A DNA stretch of 64,000 bases, taken from the NCBI RefSeq assembly GCF_050320075.1, contig NZ_CP190018.1. One strand, given 5' to 3'. Made by a program: the position numbers and the translations under genes. This DNA is from Escherichia coli. GTDB lineage: Bacteria > Pseudomonadota > Gammaproteobacteria > Enterobacterales > Enterobacteriaceae. Each line of letters opens with the position of its first letter. Position 1 is the first letter of the stretch. Positions 1 through 10,600 of the stretch are shown here, one piece after another. The notes under the pieces are model-generated. The model did not search any database. It saw only the letters and a list, made by a program, of their open reading frames with translations, and was not told the origin of the DNA.

Positions 1-539
1 AGTGAAAGGACCATTGTTGATCGCACAGCCTGTTGGTAACGCTGAATTTGCATTGCATACAAACTGGAGTCTGCAGGTTCAAACTGTGGCGGCGGTGGTA
101 ACGCCGCCACGCAATGCAGTTCACCAAAGGGTCCAAGGATTTCGTCGTCGGTAAACGCGTACTCGTTGCCGTCGTGATTTAGCTCTTCACGCAATGCCAT
201 CAGCAGTTCCGCATCTTCGTATTCCTGGCGGTTAATGACACCCAACCCGTAAATGAGTTTTAAACGCACAGAAAGATCGCCCAGCGGACCGTCGCCGTCG
301 AGTAACGGTTCTACAGCATACTTCACCGCGTAATCGTCTTTGCGGAATACCTGAAGCACCAGAAGATTTACCGCCTCGGTCAAAAGCTCGACGGCGGTGA
401 TCAGAAAGCTTCGCACGGTTTTGCCAGCATTCAGACGCTCAAGCACACGGTTTTCAAAGGCCTGGGTTTGTTCCATTGTTGCCTGCATATCTGACAATCT
501 GTTATTCGGGCGCAGGGTATCCTGCGCCTGGTCCACCAT
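1..539 (-). CDS. mtlR: Mannitol operon repressor MtlR (3' end lies beyond window start; about 179 of 195 codons present)
   Basis: Reverse-strand translation from ATG at 537-539 gives [36 protein letters not shown]..., recognised as MtlR; start overlaps the mtlD stop (TAATG). Confidence 0.85.
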   Translation of the reverse strand, partial: MVDQAQDTLRPNNRLSDMQATMEQTQAFENRVLERLNAGKTVRSFLITAVELLTEAVNLLVLQVFRKDDYAVKYAVEPLLDGDGPLGDLSVRLKLIYGLGVINRQEYEDAELLMALREELNHDGNEYAFTDDEILGPFGELHCVAALPPPPQFEPADSSLYAMQIQRYQQAVRSTMVLS

Positions 540-1687
540 TATTGCATTGCTTTATAAGCGGTTACTGCCTCGGATACAACCTCGCTGTTGGCATCAAGAC
601 CGGAAATCTGTGCCAGCGCGGCTTGTGGGCCTTTGTCGGCAATCAGCGCTGCCAGTTCCTGAGCCTGCGGATCATCTTCACTGCGGAAGTGCATTGCAGC
701 GGCAATACCTTCAATCAGGTTTTTATGTGGCAGACCATATTCCAGCGTTCCGAGCAGTGGCTTGATCAGACGGTCGCCAGCACTCAGTTTACGCAGCGGC
801 TGACGGCCTACGCGCTCTACATCATCTTTCAGATACGGGTTCTCGAAACGACCGAGGATTTTCTGGATGTACGCCGCATGTTTGTCCGCGTCAAAGCCGT
901 AGCGCTTGATCAGTACCGCACCGCTTTCTTCCATCGCACCTTTTACCACCGCGCGGATTTTCTCGTCGAGAATCGCATCACGAATGGTCTGATGACCGGC
1001 CAGTTTTCCGAGGTACGCGGTTATAGCATGACCCGTGTTCAGGGTGAAGAGTTTACGTTCGACAAATGCCATTAGGTTGTCGGTTAACTCCATGCCTGGG
1101 ATGTTCGGCAGCGCGCCTTTGAACTGCGTTTTATCAACAATCCATTCGCTGAATGTTTCTACCGTCACTTCCAGCGGATCGTTGGTTGCAGAAGCCGAAG
1201 GCGGCACGATGCGGTCAACGGCGGAATCGACAAAGCCAACGTGTTCTTCTACCCACGCTTTGGCATCTTCCGGCAGGGCGTTCATCACATGGCCTTTCAG
1301 CTGCGTGGTGCCGCGTACCATGTTTTCACAAGCGATGATGTTCAGCGGGGATTCATTACCTTGTTCTTTACGTTTCACCAGCCCTTTGGCGATTGCCGGG
1401 GCAATACGTTCCAGCACAACCGGACCAACGGCGGTAGTGACTAAATCAACCTGAGCAATCAGATCAACGACATCATCACCAATGCTGCTGACGGCATTGA
1501 CGCCGGAAACGGTATCTACCTGCTCGGTTTCACCGACCACATGAACCTGATAGCTATGACGGGCATTCAGGGCATCAAGTACCACCTGATTGACATCGGC
1601 AAACGTCAGTTGGATACCCGCGTCTGCCAGCAGTTTACCGATAAAGCCACGACCGATATTACCTGCGCCAAAATGTAATGCTTTCAT
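539..1687 (-). CDS. mtlD: Mannitol-1-phosphate 5-dehydrogenase (382 aa)
   Basis: ORF track 539..1870 trimmed to the internal ATG at 1685-1687 ([15 protein letters not shown]..., Rossmann GxGxxG); the upstream 61 codons run through REP sequence and are not coding. Confidence 0.93.
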   Translation of the reverse strand: MKALHFGAGNIGRGFIGKLLADAGIQLTFADVNQVVLDALNARHSYQVHVVGETEQVDTVSGVNAVSSIGDDVVDLIAQVDLVTTAVGPVVLERIAPAIAKGLVKRKEQGNESPLNIIACENMVRGTTQLKGHVMNALPEDAKAWVEEHVGFVDSAVDRIVPPSASATNDPLEVTVETFSEWIVDKTQFKGALPNIPGMELTDNLMAFVERKLFTLNTGHAITAYLGKLAGHQTIRDAILDEKIRAVVKGAMEESGAVLIKRYGFDADKHAAYIQKILGRFENPYLKDDVERVGRQPLRKLSAGDRLIKPLLGTLEYGLPHKNLIEGIAAAMHFRSEDDPQAQELAALIADKGPQAALAQISGLDANSEVVSEAVTAYKAMQ

Positions 1688-1699
1688 AGTATTAACCTT

Positions 1700-1915
<216 letters not shown>

Positions 1916-3829
1916 TTACTTACGACCTGCCAGCAGTTCCAGCACTTCATCCACGCTGGTGGTGTGTGCCAGACGCTCGATGACAGACTCATCATCCAGT
2001 GCATTGGTCAGGCTGGTGATAACCTGAATGTGCTCGTTGTTACGGGCAGCAATACCAATCACCAGACGGGCAATGTCATCTTCTTCTTCACCGAAGCGCA
2101 CGCCTTCCGGGTACTGGCAGAACACCACGCCCGTTTTCAGTACGCGATCTTTCGCTTCAACCGTACCGTGCGGTACCGCGATGGACTCACCCAGATAAGT
2201 CGGGGTCAGTTTTTCACGATCCAGCATCGCCTGAACGTATTCCGGCTCAACGTAACCGCCTTTCACCAGCTGCTCGCCAGCAAAACGAATCGCTTCTTCT
2301 TTGGTGGCCGCTTTACGACCGAGGAAGATGTTCTCCGCGCCTAGCTTGAACAGGTTAGCACTGGAATCATCAAAGCTGTCTTTCAGACTGTCTTTCACTT
2401 TCACTTCGTTTTCAGTATGGCGCTGGGCAGCAACCAGACGTTCGGTCAGGCTGGTGTACAGGCCGCTGTCGAGGAAGTTGGTCAGCGAAATATGCTGTGC
2501 CTGCGGAACCTGGCGCATAGCGCGTTCGGTCAGGTCACGGTGAGTGATGACCAGGTCCACATCTGGCGGCAGGTTGTTGATCGCGCTGTTAGTGACCGAA
2601 ATCTGCGACAGACCTGCATCCTGAATTTTCTTACGCAGCACACCTGCGCCCATCGCACTGGAACCCATACCGGCATCACAGGCAACGATGATTTTACGTA
2701 CGTGGCTCAGGTCGTTAGTCACATCGCCCGCAGACAGCGGAGACGCGCCTTTAGACTCAGCTTTCATGTCCTGCATACGACGAGTTGCTGCTTCAATATC
2801 ATCTTCTTCTTTCACTTTGCTGGTTTTCAGCAGAATGGCAGAGACAACGAAGGAGACAGCCATCGCCGCACACACACCCGCGATGTTAGCGAAGTATGCA
2901 CCTTTTGGTGTCATCGCCAGTACAGCAAGGATAGAACCCGGAGATGCCGGAGAAACCAGACCACCGCCCAGGATAGTCAGCGTGAACACGCCAGTCATAC
3001 CACCGAGGATAACGGCCAGAATCAGACGCGGATTCATCAGCACATACGGGAAGTAGATTTCGTGGATACCGCCCAGGAAGTGGATGATTGCCGCACCGCC
3101 CGCAGACTGTTTAGCGCTACCACGACCAAAGAACATGTACGCCAGCAGCACGCCCATACCCGGACCTGGGTTAGCTTCAATCAGGAAGAAGATGGATTTA
3201 CCCAGTTCATGGGACTGCTGAATGCCCAGCGGCGAGAAGATACCGTGGTTAATGGCGTTGTTGAGGAACAGGATTTTCGCCGGTTCAACAAAGATAGACG
3301 CCAGCGGCAGCATGTCATGGACAACCATGAAGTTAACGCCCGCAGCCAGCATTTTGGACAGGGCTTCAACAATCGGGCCAATGCCGAGGAATGCCAGAAT
3401 AGCGAGGATCATCCCGATGATGCCTGCGGAGAAGTTATTCACCAGCATCTCAAAACCGGATTTGATCTTACCGTCTACCCAGCGGTCGAAGTGCTTAATG
3501 CACCAGCCGCCCAGCGGACCTGCAATCATAGAACCTAGGAACATCGGCATGTCTGCGCCGACGATAACGCCCATGGTGGTAATGGCACCGACTACGCCGC
3601 CACGTTCGCCGCCTACCAGCTTACCACCGGTATAACCGATCAGCAGCGGCAGGAGATAAGTGATCATCGGCCCGACCAGCTTCGCCAGCGTCTCGTTCGG
3701 TAACCACCCTGTTGGAATAAATAACGCGGTGATGATACCCCACGCGATAAACGCGCCGATATTTGGCATCACCATGTTGCTGAGGAAACGACCAAAGCTT
3801 TGCACTTTGATCTTAATATCGGATGACAT
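1916..3829 (-). CDS. mtlA: PTS mannitol-specific EIICBA component (637 aa)
   Basis: 637-aa ORF recognised as MtlA: membrane EIIC domain, then EIIB and C-terminal EIIA domain. Confidence 0.95.
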   Translation of the reverse strand: MSSDIKIKVQSFGRFLSNMVMPNIGAFIAWGIITALFIPTGWLPNETLAKLVGPMITYLLPLLIGYTGGKLVGGERGGVVGAITTMGVIVGADMPMFLGSMIAGPLGGWCIKHFDRWVDGKIKSGFEMLVNNFSAGIIGMILAILAFLGIGPIVEALSKMLAAGVNFMVVHDMLPLASIFVEPAKILFLNNAINHGIFSPLGIQQSHELGKSIFFLIEANPGPGMGVLLAYMFFGRGSAKQSAGGAAIIHFLGGIHEIYFPYVLMNPRLILAVILGGMTGVFTLTILGGGLVSPASPGSILAVLAMTPKGAYFANIAGVCAAMAVSFVVSAILLKTSKVKEEDDIEAATRRMQDMKAESKGASPLSAGDVTNDLSHVRKIIVACDAGMGSSAMGAGVLRKKIQDAGLSQISVTNSAINNLPPDVDLVITHRDLTERAMRQVPQAQHISLTNFLDSGLYTSLTERLVAAQRHTENEVKVKDSLKDSFDDSSANLFKLGAENIFLGRKAATKEEAIRFAGEQLVKGGYVEPEYVQAMLDREKLTPTYLGESIAVPHGTVEAKDRVLKTGVVFCQYPEGVRFGEEEDDIARLVIGIAARNNEHIQVITSLTNALDDESVIERLAHTTSVDEVLELLAGRK

Positions 3830-3972
3830 AAAAACACCCCTTCTTATGTTTGCTGTCGCGCAGGCTGGAAGCCCGAGGTTTTTTGTTAATGTGGCGGCAG
3901 AGGTAGCCGGACCTTGTAGATACTGCGAAATCTGGCACTGAATCGGTTAACTGTCCAGTCGACGGCCTTTTG

Positions 3973-3988
3973 TGTGATATCAGTCACA
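3973..3988. promoter_or_regulatory. CRP site (TGTGA-N6-TCACA) upstream of mtlA
   Basis: Perfect half-sites tgtgatatcagtcaca; the mtl promoter is known to be CRP-dependent with multiple sites. Confidence 0.7.
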
Positions 3989-4015
3989 TAAATATAGGGG
4001 GTAGAGAGGTAATTG

Positions 4016-4033
4016 ACGTGATGCTCATCACAA
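4016..4033. promoter_or_regulatory. CRP-like site in mtlA/yibI divergent region
   Basis: cgtgatgctcatcacaaa, near-consensus. Confidence 0.45.
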
Positions 4034-4089
4034 AACTCTTGTGTAAAAAAGCAACAAGGCGGCGATTTTCGCTAAAAATGGCATTTAAA

Positions 4090-4105
4090 TGTGAGTGATG
4101 TCACA
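4090..4105. promoter_or_regulatory. CRP site in mtlA/yibI divergent region
   Basis: tgtgagtgatgtcaca, perfect half-sites. Confidence 0.65.
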
Positions 4106-4133
4106 TTTTTATTTTGATGGTTTGTTGAATCTT

Positions 4134-4149
4134 TGTGATCTGAATCACA
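4134..4149. promoter_or_regulatory. CRP site in mtlA/yibI divergent region
   Basis: tgtgatctgaatcaca, perfect half-sites. Confidence 0.65.
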
Positions 4150-4365
4150 AGATATTTTCTTACGGCGTTCACCTGATGTGATCTACAGCATGTTATGCCT
4201 TCGTCATGAAATCGTTATGTAACTAAGCAACTCATCACCTCTTAAAATTATTCTTTGGTGTTATGGCGAGAATCGCGAACCCGGATTATTGTCAAAATAT
4301 CAGCCTGACTCCCTTCTGGCTGCCAGCCAAAAAACAACACTGATAAACGTGAATCCGAGGCAGAT

Positions 4366-4728
4366 ATGTTTCTAAACTATTTCGCGTTGGGAGTGCTGAT
4401 CTTCGTCTTTCTGGTGATTTTTTATGGAATCATCGCGATACATGACATCCCTTATCTGATTGCCAAAAAGCGCAACCATCCCCATGCCGACGCTATTCAT
4501 ACGGCGGGCTGGGTGAGCCTGTTTACTCTACATGTTATCTGGCCGTTCCTGTGGATCTGGGCGACGCTCTATCAACCGGAGCGCGGCTGGGGCATGCAGT
4601 CACATGTTGCGTCGCAAGAGAAAGCGACTGACCCGGAAATCGCCGCACTTTCTGACCGAATTTCCCGGCTGGAGCATCAACTCGCCGCCGAGAAAAAGAC
4701 TGACTATTCCACGTTCCCGGAGATCTAA
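4366..4728 (+). CDS. yibI: Small inner-membrane protein YibI (DUF3302 family, 120 aa)
   Basis: ATG at 4366 preceded by gagg RBS; two hydrophobic helices; recognised as YibI; paralog of yiaW at 19625. Confidence 0.85.
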   Translation: MFLNYFALGVLIFVFLVIFYGIIAIHDIPYLIAKKRNHPHADAIHTAGWVSLFTLHVIWPFLWIWATLYQPERGWGMQSHVASQEKATDPEIAALSDRISRLEHQLAAEKKTDYSTFPEI

Positions 4729-4730
4729 AT

Positions 4731-5867
4731 ATGGATCTATTGATTGTTTTAACTTACGTGGCGCTGGCGTGGGCGGTCTTTAAAATCTTCCGCATTCCGG
4801 TGAATCAGTGGACGCTGGCGACGGCGGCGCTGGGAGGCGTGTTTCTGGTGAGTGGTTTGATTTTGTTGATGAACTACAACCACCCTTACACTTTTACCGC
4901 GCAAAAGGCAGTGATAGCGATCCCCATCACGCCACAGGTGACGGGAATTGTTACTGAAGTCACTGACAAGAATAATCAGCTTATTCAAAAGGGCGAGGTG
5001 CTTTTTAAACTCGACCCGGTTCGTTACCAGGCGCGAGTTGACAGACTTCAGGCTGACCTGATGACGGCGACGCATAATATAAAGACGCTGCGCGCGCAGC
5101 TCTCTGAAGCGCAGGCCAACACCACCCAGGTTTCAGCGGAGCGCGACCGTCTGTTTAAAAATTATCAACGTTATCTGAAAGGCAGCCAGGCGGCGGTGAA
5201 TCCGTTCTCGGAACGTGACATCGACGATGCGCGGCAAAACTTCCTCGCGCAGGACGCGCTGGTGAAAGGCTCGGTGGCGGAGCAGGCGCAGATCCAGAGC
5301 CAGCTCGACAGTATGGTTAACGGCGAGCAATCGCAGATTGTGAGCTTAAGAGCGCAACTTACTGAAGCAAAATATAACCTTGAGCAGACTGTCATTCGCG
5401 CGCCGAGCAATGGCTACGTTACTCAGGTACTGATCCGCCCAGGTACATACGCAGCTGCCTTGCCGTTGCGTCCGGTGATGGTTTTCATCCCCGAGCAAAA
5501 ACGGCAAATTGTCGCCCAATTTCGGCAAAACTCGCTGTTACGTCTGAAACCCGGCGATGATGCGGAAGTGGTGTTTAACGCGCTACCTGGGCAGGTGTTC
5601 CACGGCAAACTGACTAGCATTTTACCTGTCGTGCCAGGCGGTTCTTATCAGGCGCAGGGGGTATTGCAATCATTAACGGTCGTGCCCGGCACGGACGGTG
5701 TGCTGGGAACCATTGAACTGGACCCTAACGATGATATCGATGCCTTACCCGACGGCATCTACGCCCAGGTGGCGGTTTACTCCGACCATTTCAGCCATGT
5801 TTCGGTGATGCGGAAAGTGCTGCTAAGAATGACCAGCTGGATGCATTATCTTTATTTGGATCATTGA
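4731..5867 (+). CDS. yibH: HlyD-family membrane fusion protein YibH (378 aa)
   Basis: ATG 3 nt after yibI stop; N-terminal TM helix, coiled-coil region; paralog of yiaV. Confidence 0.85.
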   Translation: MDLLIVLTYVALAWAVFKIFRIPVNQWTLATAALGGVFLVSGLILLMNYNHPYTFTAQKAVIAIPITPQVTGIVTEVTDKNNQLIQKGEVLFKLDPVRYQARVDRLQADLMTATHNIKTLRAQLSEAQANTTQVSAERDRLFKNYQRYLKGSQAAVNPFSERDIDDARQNFLAQDALVKGSVAEQAQIQSQLDSMVNGEQSQIVSLRAQLTEAKYNLEQTVIRAPSNGYVTQVLIRPGTYAAALPLRPVMVFIPEQKRQIVAQFRQNSLLRLKPGDDAEVVFNALPGQVFHGKLTSILPVVPGGSYQAQGVLQSLTVVPGTDGVLGTIELDPNDDIDALPDGIYAQVAVYSDHFSHVSVMRKVLLRMTSWMHYLYLDH

Positions 5868-6324
5868 GGGGGGCGGGGGAGATTATGGAACTTTGCTCCC
5901 TGCAAGGACTAATTATTTTTGCATATTATTTCATCGGCTGTGATGATTTTTCGTTAATATCCATTATGTTAAGAAGTTCGGGATGAGTGTGAACTCATTG
6001 GATTTTTTATCCGTCTTGATCTGCCGAAGGATCAGACTATACATTGTCGAGATCGCAATGATGATATGAGTTGTTCCTCTGCCACGGCTCTAATCAAAAA
6101 AGAGCAGGAGTGCTTTTCCATCTATTGCGATGATGGCTTTATTATCTGAAGGATGACAGTCACATTTAAAAATATTTAATTTATAGATCACAATGTAGGT
6201 TCATGTAATATATGTATACAACTATTTTTCTCTTCACTTTTAATTATCGTATTCATTATAACACTAAGTTAAAAAAACTCCTGGAGAGTGAGTTATTAAT
6301 ATGTTTTTAAATATAATTAAGTTA

Positions 6325-6846
6325 TTATTCATCGATGCATTTTATAGAATCATCAATGGCTACAATAGTACTATTAACTCTCCAATTTATATTTTTATTA
6401 TCATTGCAAATATTAACTGAATCTATATCAATGATTTTTTTATTTTTATCTTTTATTTTGTTTACAGTTTCAATGCAATCAGCGACAAGTTGGTGTGGAT
6501 TTAGATTCTTCAGATATGGTCTTATGATCTTTCCCTTGCTTAATAAATAGCATGTATAGGATTCGGAAAGTCCAGCATCTATTTTGTACATCATTATTCT
6601 AGATAAGGATGTGAGAAATGCCTTGTTATCATTAGCAGCCATATATGCCAGTCCGAGTTCAGCCTCTGCGGCTTTACATGAAAAATAGCTAAGTGAACAC
6701 GCTTTTCGTCCCTCTTGGGTACTGGCTGATATTAGTGCCCATAATATTGCCTTGTCTGCCAAATCCAACTCTCTCTGAAATTGGTTTACAGTAACTGCAT
6801 TCGCAGAAATAGAGAAGAAAAGCACAATTGTTAATAACCTTGTCAT
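6325..6846 (-). CDS. Hypothetical secreted protein (173 aa) in rhs-associated AT-rich block; possible orphan immunity protein
   Basis: N-terminal signal peptide MTRLLTIVLFFSISANA; starts 4 nt after the stop of the decayed rhs-relic ORF; very AT-rich codon usage. Confidence 0.5.
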   Translation of the reverse strand: MTRLLTIVLFFSISANAVTVNQFQRELDLADKAILWALISASTQEGRKACSLSYFSCKAAEAELGLAYMAANDNKAFLTSLSRIMMYKIDAGLSESYTCYLLSKGKIIRPYLKNLNPHQLVADCIETVNKIKDKNKKIIDIDSVNICNDNKNINWRVNSTIVAIDDSIKCIDE

Positions 6847-6850
6847 ATTT

Positions 6851-7190
6851 CTAGTCCGTCACTGTTAATGTGCTATCTGGCTCTGAAAATATTAGCTCAT
6901 TTAATTTTTGCATGTCATTAGATGAACCAGTTATACAACCCTCGGAACAGAATCGAGGTCCTAAAGATGGACCAAAAGCGTTTAAACAACTATGTGTTAA
7001 AAATCCATCACGATTATACGTTTCTGTATTTGCTGACGGTACTAAACGTATACCATTAGGTTTTCTATTGGTTGCTCCAGGACTGTTAAGCAAGCCTCGT
7101 CCGGTTTGCTTCATTGAGTTCTCCACTTTAGACTATTGGACTATCTTTCAACATGGCATCGCCTTAGTATACCGCTGGTTTTCCGCTCAT
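6851..7190 (-). pseudogene. Decayed relic of an rhs/PAAR-type 5' end (frame-disrupted)
   Basis: Minus-strand frame from ATG at 7188-7190 reads MSGKPAVY*GDAMLKDSPIV*, compare intact rhs N-terminus [21 protein letters not shown]; adjacent frame (ORF track 6851..7126) has GIRLVPSANTE, compare [11 protein letters not shown] in rhs. Confidence 0.55.
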
Positions 7191-7214
7191 TGTTAATTTT
7201 CTCTTTCGTTCATT

Positions 7215-7625
7215 TCACTTAATTTTCAGTTTTTTCCAAAAGTCAATATTCCCTTCTAATAAAATTTTTTCTATGGAATCTTCATTAATTTTATTATTAG
7301 AGCATATGACATTATCTTGAACGCCATATGACACCACCCCGTTTTTATCAATATAATATCTGTCTTTACCATCAATAATATAAATCCTAACATTTTTATC
7401 ATCAAAATGGTAACACTCATTACTAGACCTGTTCAGTAACATTAATAACTTCTCACGATTTATCTGTAATAATTTTTGTGCACCATCTTTTATTGCAAAA
7501 TTTTCAATTTTACTTTTAGTGACAGGGGAATATGTTTGGATGCGAAAAGGCATCCTATAATGGAAAACATCAGCTATACAGCAAGATGAAAAAAATACGG
7601 AAATAAAATACAGACATACTTTCAT
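7215..7625 (-). CDS. Putative Rhs immunity protein (136 aa) with N-terminal signal peptide or lipobox
   Basis: Sits 57 nt downstream of the rhs stop on the same strand; strong RBS aggag 5 nt before ATG; N-terminus MKVCLYFISVFFSSCC; AT-rich. Confidence 0.6.
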   Translation of the reverse strand: MKVCLYFISVFFSSCCIADVFHYRMPFRIQTYSPVTKSKIENFAIKDGAQKLLQINREKLLMLLNRSSNECYHFDDKNVRIYIIDGKDRYYIDKNGVVSYGVQDNVICSNNKINEDSIEKILLEGNIDFWKKLKIK

Positions 7626-7682
7626 ACCATCTCCTAAACTGGTGATATATTAAAAACATACCCAAAAGCAATATAAAAATGT

Positions 7683-10600
7683 TTAATATTTCATTCTTGC
7701 TGGCAAGCCCAACTCTTTACGAAATGGGTTTTCATATTTATCAACATTAGCCATCGAGTCAGTTCCATCGTCTTTCATTCCCTTTGCATGCCCCATTTCA
7801 TGCGCAAGAACCACACTCAACAGAGTGGGTTTCATGGCACATGCTTTGTTTTTTCCTTGATATACACATGAGCTATGGTCGTTATCAATATCAATGTAAA
7901 AACTATATTCAGTATCATCGTAGCATGTTTGGTTTATGCCTTTTCTTAATCCTCTAAATATATATTCATGCTCTGATGACTCTAATTCTTCTGTTATTTT
8001 ATGTCCAAACTTTGTTTCTGCTACAGCTTTATATGCTTCTTTTAAAGTTTTTTGTGTACTTTCATCTCCCTGAAAAGACACTTTTAACCCTAATGGATCG
8101 AAACCAGATACCGGATTCAACGGATACTGATAAAAATTCCATCCCCCCTTAAGCCCAATCGGATCCTGAGTGATATACCGCCCCTGCAGCGGGTCATAAT
8201 AGCGGTGGCGGTTGTAATAGAGGCCGGACTCCTCATCATACTGCTGACCCGGCAGGCGGATGAGCTGCTGCAGCTGGTGCGGGTTCTCTTCATTCAGCAG
8301 GTTGCCCCATTCATCGTATTCTGCGCACCATTCTGTTGCCCCTTCCGTGCTGACAAGCGCCAGCGGCAGGCCGCGATGGTCGCAGTGGTACAGGTGGATT
8401 TTTCGCGCCGGCGTGTACACCGGGTCCATCTGGTTTTGTATCTGCTCCACCGTCAGGCCGCACGATGCCAGCCAGCGGCGGCTTTCCTCACTCACCCGGT
8501 CAGCCAGGATTTCACTTTCCAGCCGGTCGAGCATCTGCACCAGCACCGGCGGGAACACCACACTGCCACCGTCTTCACCGCCGGACTGCTGAAGCGCATC
8601 CGCCAGGCTGCGGCGCTGCGTTTTCGCCAGCTCACCGGTGGCAGTTTCAACTCTGATGAGTGGCGTGAAGCTCCCCGGCTGATAAACCGTCTGGATGCGG
8701 GTTCTGTCGTTCTGTATTGTGGTCAGCCGGTCGCCGTCCCAGCCGTACCAGGTCACTTCCGGTTTCCGTGACAGCGACATCCAGCCCGTCAGGTCCCGTT
8801 CACGCCGCCACACCCGTTTTGCCACCCTGCGGCCCAGCGGGTCGTAAAGATAGCGACTTTCGACCAGCGGCTCTGCATATTGTGTCCGCGTGTAGTGCAC
8901 CAGCCGGTGCCGGCTGTCGTAATGATACCGGTGAGTCCGCTCATCATCCGTGCGGATAACCCCTTCCGGGATGAGGTCGGTTTTCTCTGTCAGCCTGCCG
9001 TGACGGTCATACCGGTAAAGATAGTGCGCGTCACGGGCGATACGGTTATCCGGCCACATGCTGAGGGTGCTGTCCGGGTGCAGCTCCGGGTCGGGCAGGC
9101 GGTTGCCTGCCGGGTCCGTGGCATACGGGATGCGGATATCCAGGTTCGCTGCCGTGGTGTGGACGCCGGTCAGCCTGCCGGTGTCGCTGTAGCTGTAACT
9201 CCGGGTCTGGCGCGGGCTGCTGATGCGGATGAGTTCGCCGTTGTCGTTCCAGGTGTAATCGCGGTCATACTGCAGGCTGTTCAGGTGCTGGCTCTGTAAC
9301 TGCCCGGCAGAGGTGTAAGCGGTGGTGAGTTCATAACGGCCGAAGCTGCGCAGCGTTTCCCGGTGCAGGCGGTCGCGGGTGTACTCCACCAGCGGTGTGT
9401 CGCCGAGTTTCATGCCTGACAGCCAGCCGCTGCCGTAGGTCAGCCATTCCACGGCGGGCAGGCTGTCCGGTATACAGCGGTTCGCCAGTCCCTGCGCGTT
9501 GTAAGCGTGTCTGGTTTCATGCTGCCAGAGCAGTGCTTCCGTCTGCGGGTGATGCACCGTCTGGCGCTCACCGGTCAGGCGGCCTTTCTCATCATACCCG
9601 TAATGCACCGTCACCCGGTGGCCTTCGCTGAGATGGCTGATGCCTGTCAGCCAGCCGCGTTCGTCATACTGCCACTGCTCTGCCGGTTCACCATTCACCG
9701 TTCGCTGTGTGATGCGGTCTGCTTCGTCATAGTGCCAGTGGGTGACCAGCCCCTCATCCTCGCTGCGGATAAGTTTGCCGGTCAGGTCGTGGTGATAACG
9801 CTGTGTGCGGCCGTCAAAGCCGGTTTCCTGTATCAGCCGGTCAAGTACATCGTAACGGAAGGTGGTGTGGCTGCCGTTTTCACTGGTCAGGCGGATGACC
9901 CGCCCGGCAGCATCGTATTCCATACTGCGCGTCAGACCGCCCTGCGTGGTACGAACGGGCTTTCCCCACGCATCGTACTGTGTCCCGTTTCTGCTGCCGT
10001 CCGGGGCAATGACGGCGGTCAGGTCACCGGCGGCGTTGTATTCATACCGCGTTTCATGGCCCTGCGTGTCTTTCACCGCAATTAACTGTCCACGGCTGTC
10101 GTATGCGCGGTACTGACTCAGCCCTTCCTCGCGGTGCACCGCCGTCATCTGACCAAAACGGTCATGGTCATAACGGGTTACATAACCGGAACAGTCAGTG
10201 ACGGTCAGCAACTGACCGTAACGGCTCCATGTCATGGTTTTCCGGCTGCCGGTGGCATCCTCCGTTGCGCAGGGTAAGTCACTGTGTGGATTATCATAAC
10301 GGTAGCGGGTGATATCGCCGTTGTGTGCGGTTTCCTGAATCAGACGGCCGGATTCATCATATTCCCGGCGCAATTCCAGCCCGTCAGGCCCGGTGGCTGA
10401 CGTTAACTGGCTGTGGTGGTTATAGTAAAATGCCGATGCCCTGCCATCCGGTGTGGTGATGCGCGTGATGAGTCCCGTCACCACATCCGGGCTGTACTCA
10501 GTCGTCCGGCCTGCGGCATCCGTCTGTGCCTTAAGCCTGCCCACCGCGTCAAACTGACTCTGCGTGACGCTGCCGTCCGCGTGTTCCTTTTTCACCACCC

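Noticed and set aside
2417-3538. 373-aa plus-strand ORF antisense to mtlA
   Set aside because: Lies entirely inside the well-supported mtlA gene on the opposite strand; composition is the mirror of mtlA; no RBS or recognisable domain. Shadow ORF.
6851-7126. 91-aa ORF (MENSMKQTGRGLL...) as an intact gene
   Set aside because: It is one frame of the decayed rhs 5'-end relic; the homologous upstream part is interrupted by stop codons and a frame change, so it is annotated as a pseudogene fragment rather than a functional CDS. It could still be expressed as a small protein; this is unresolved.
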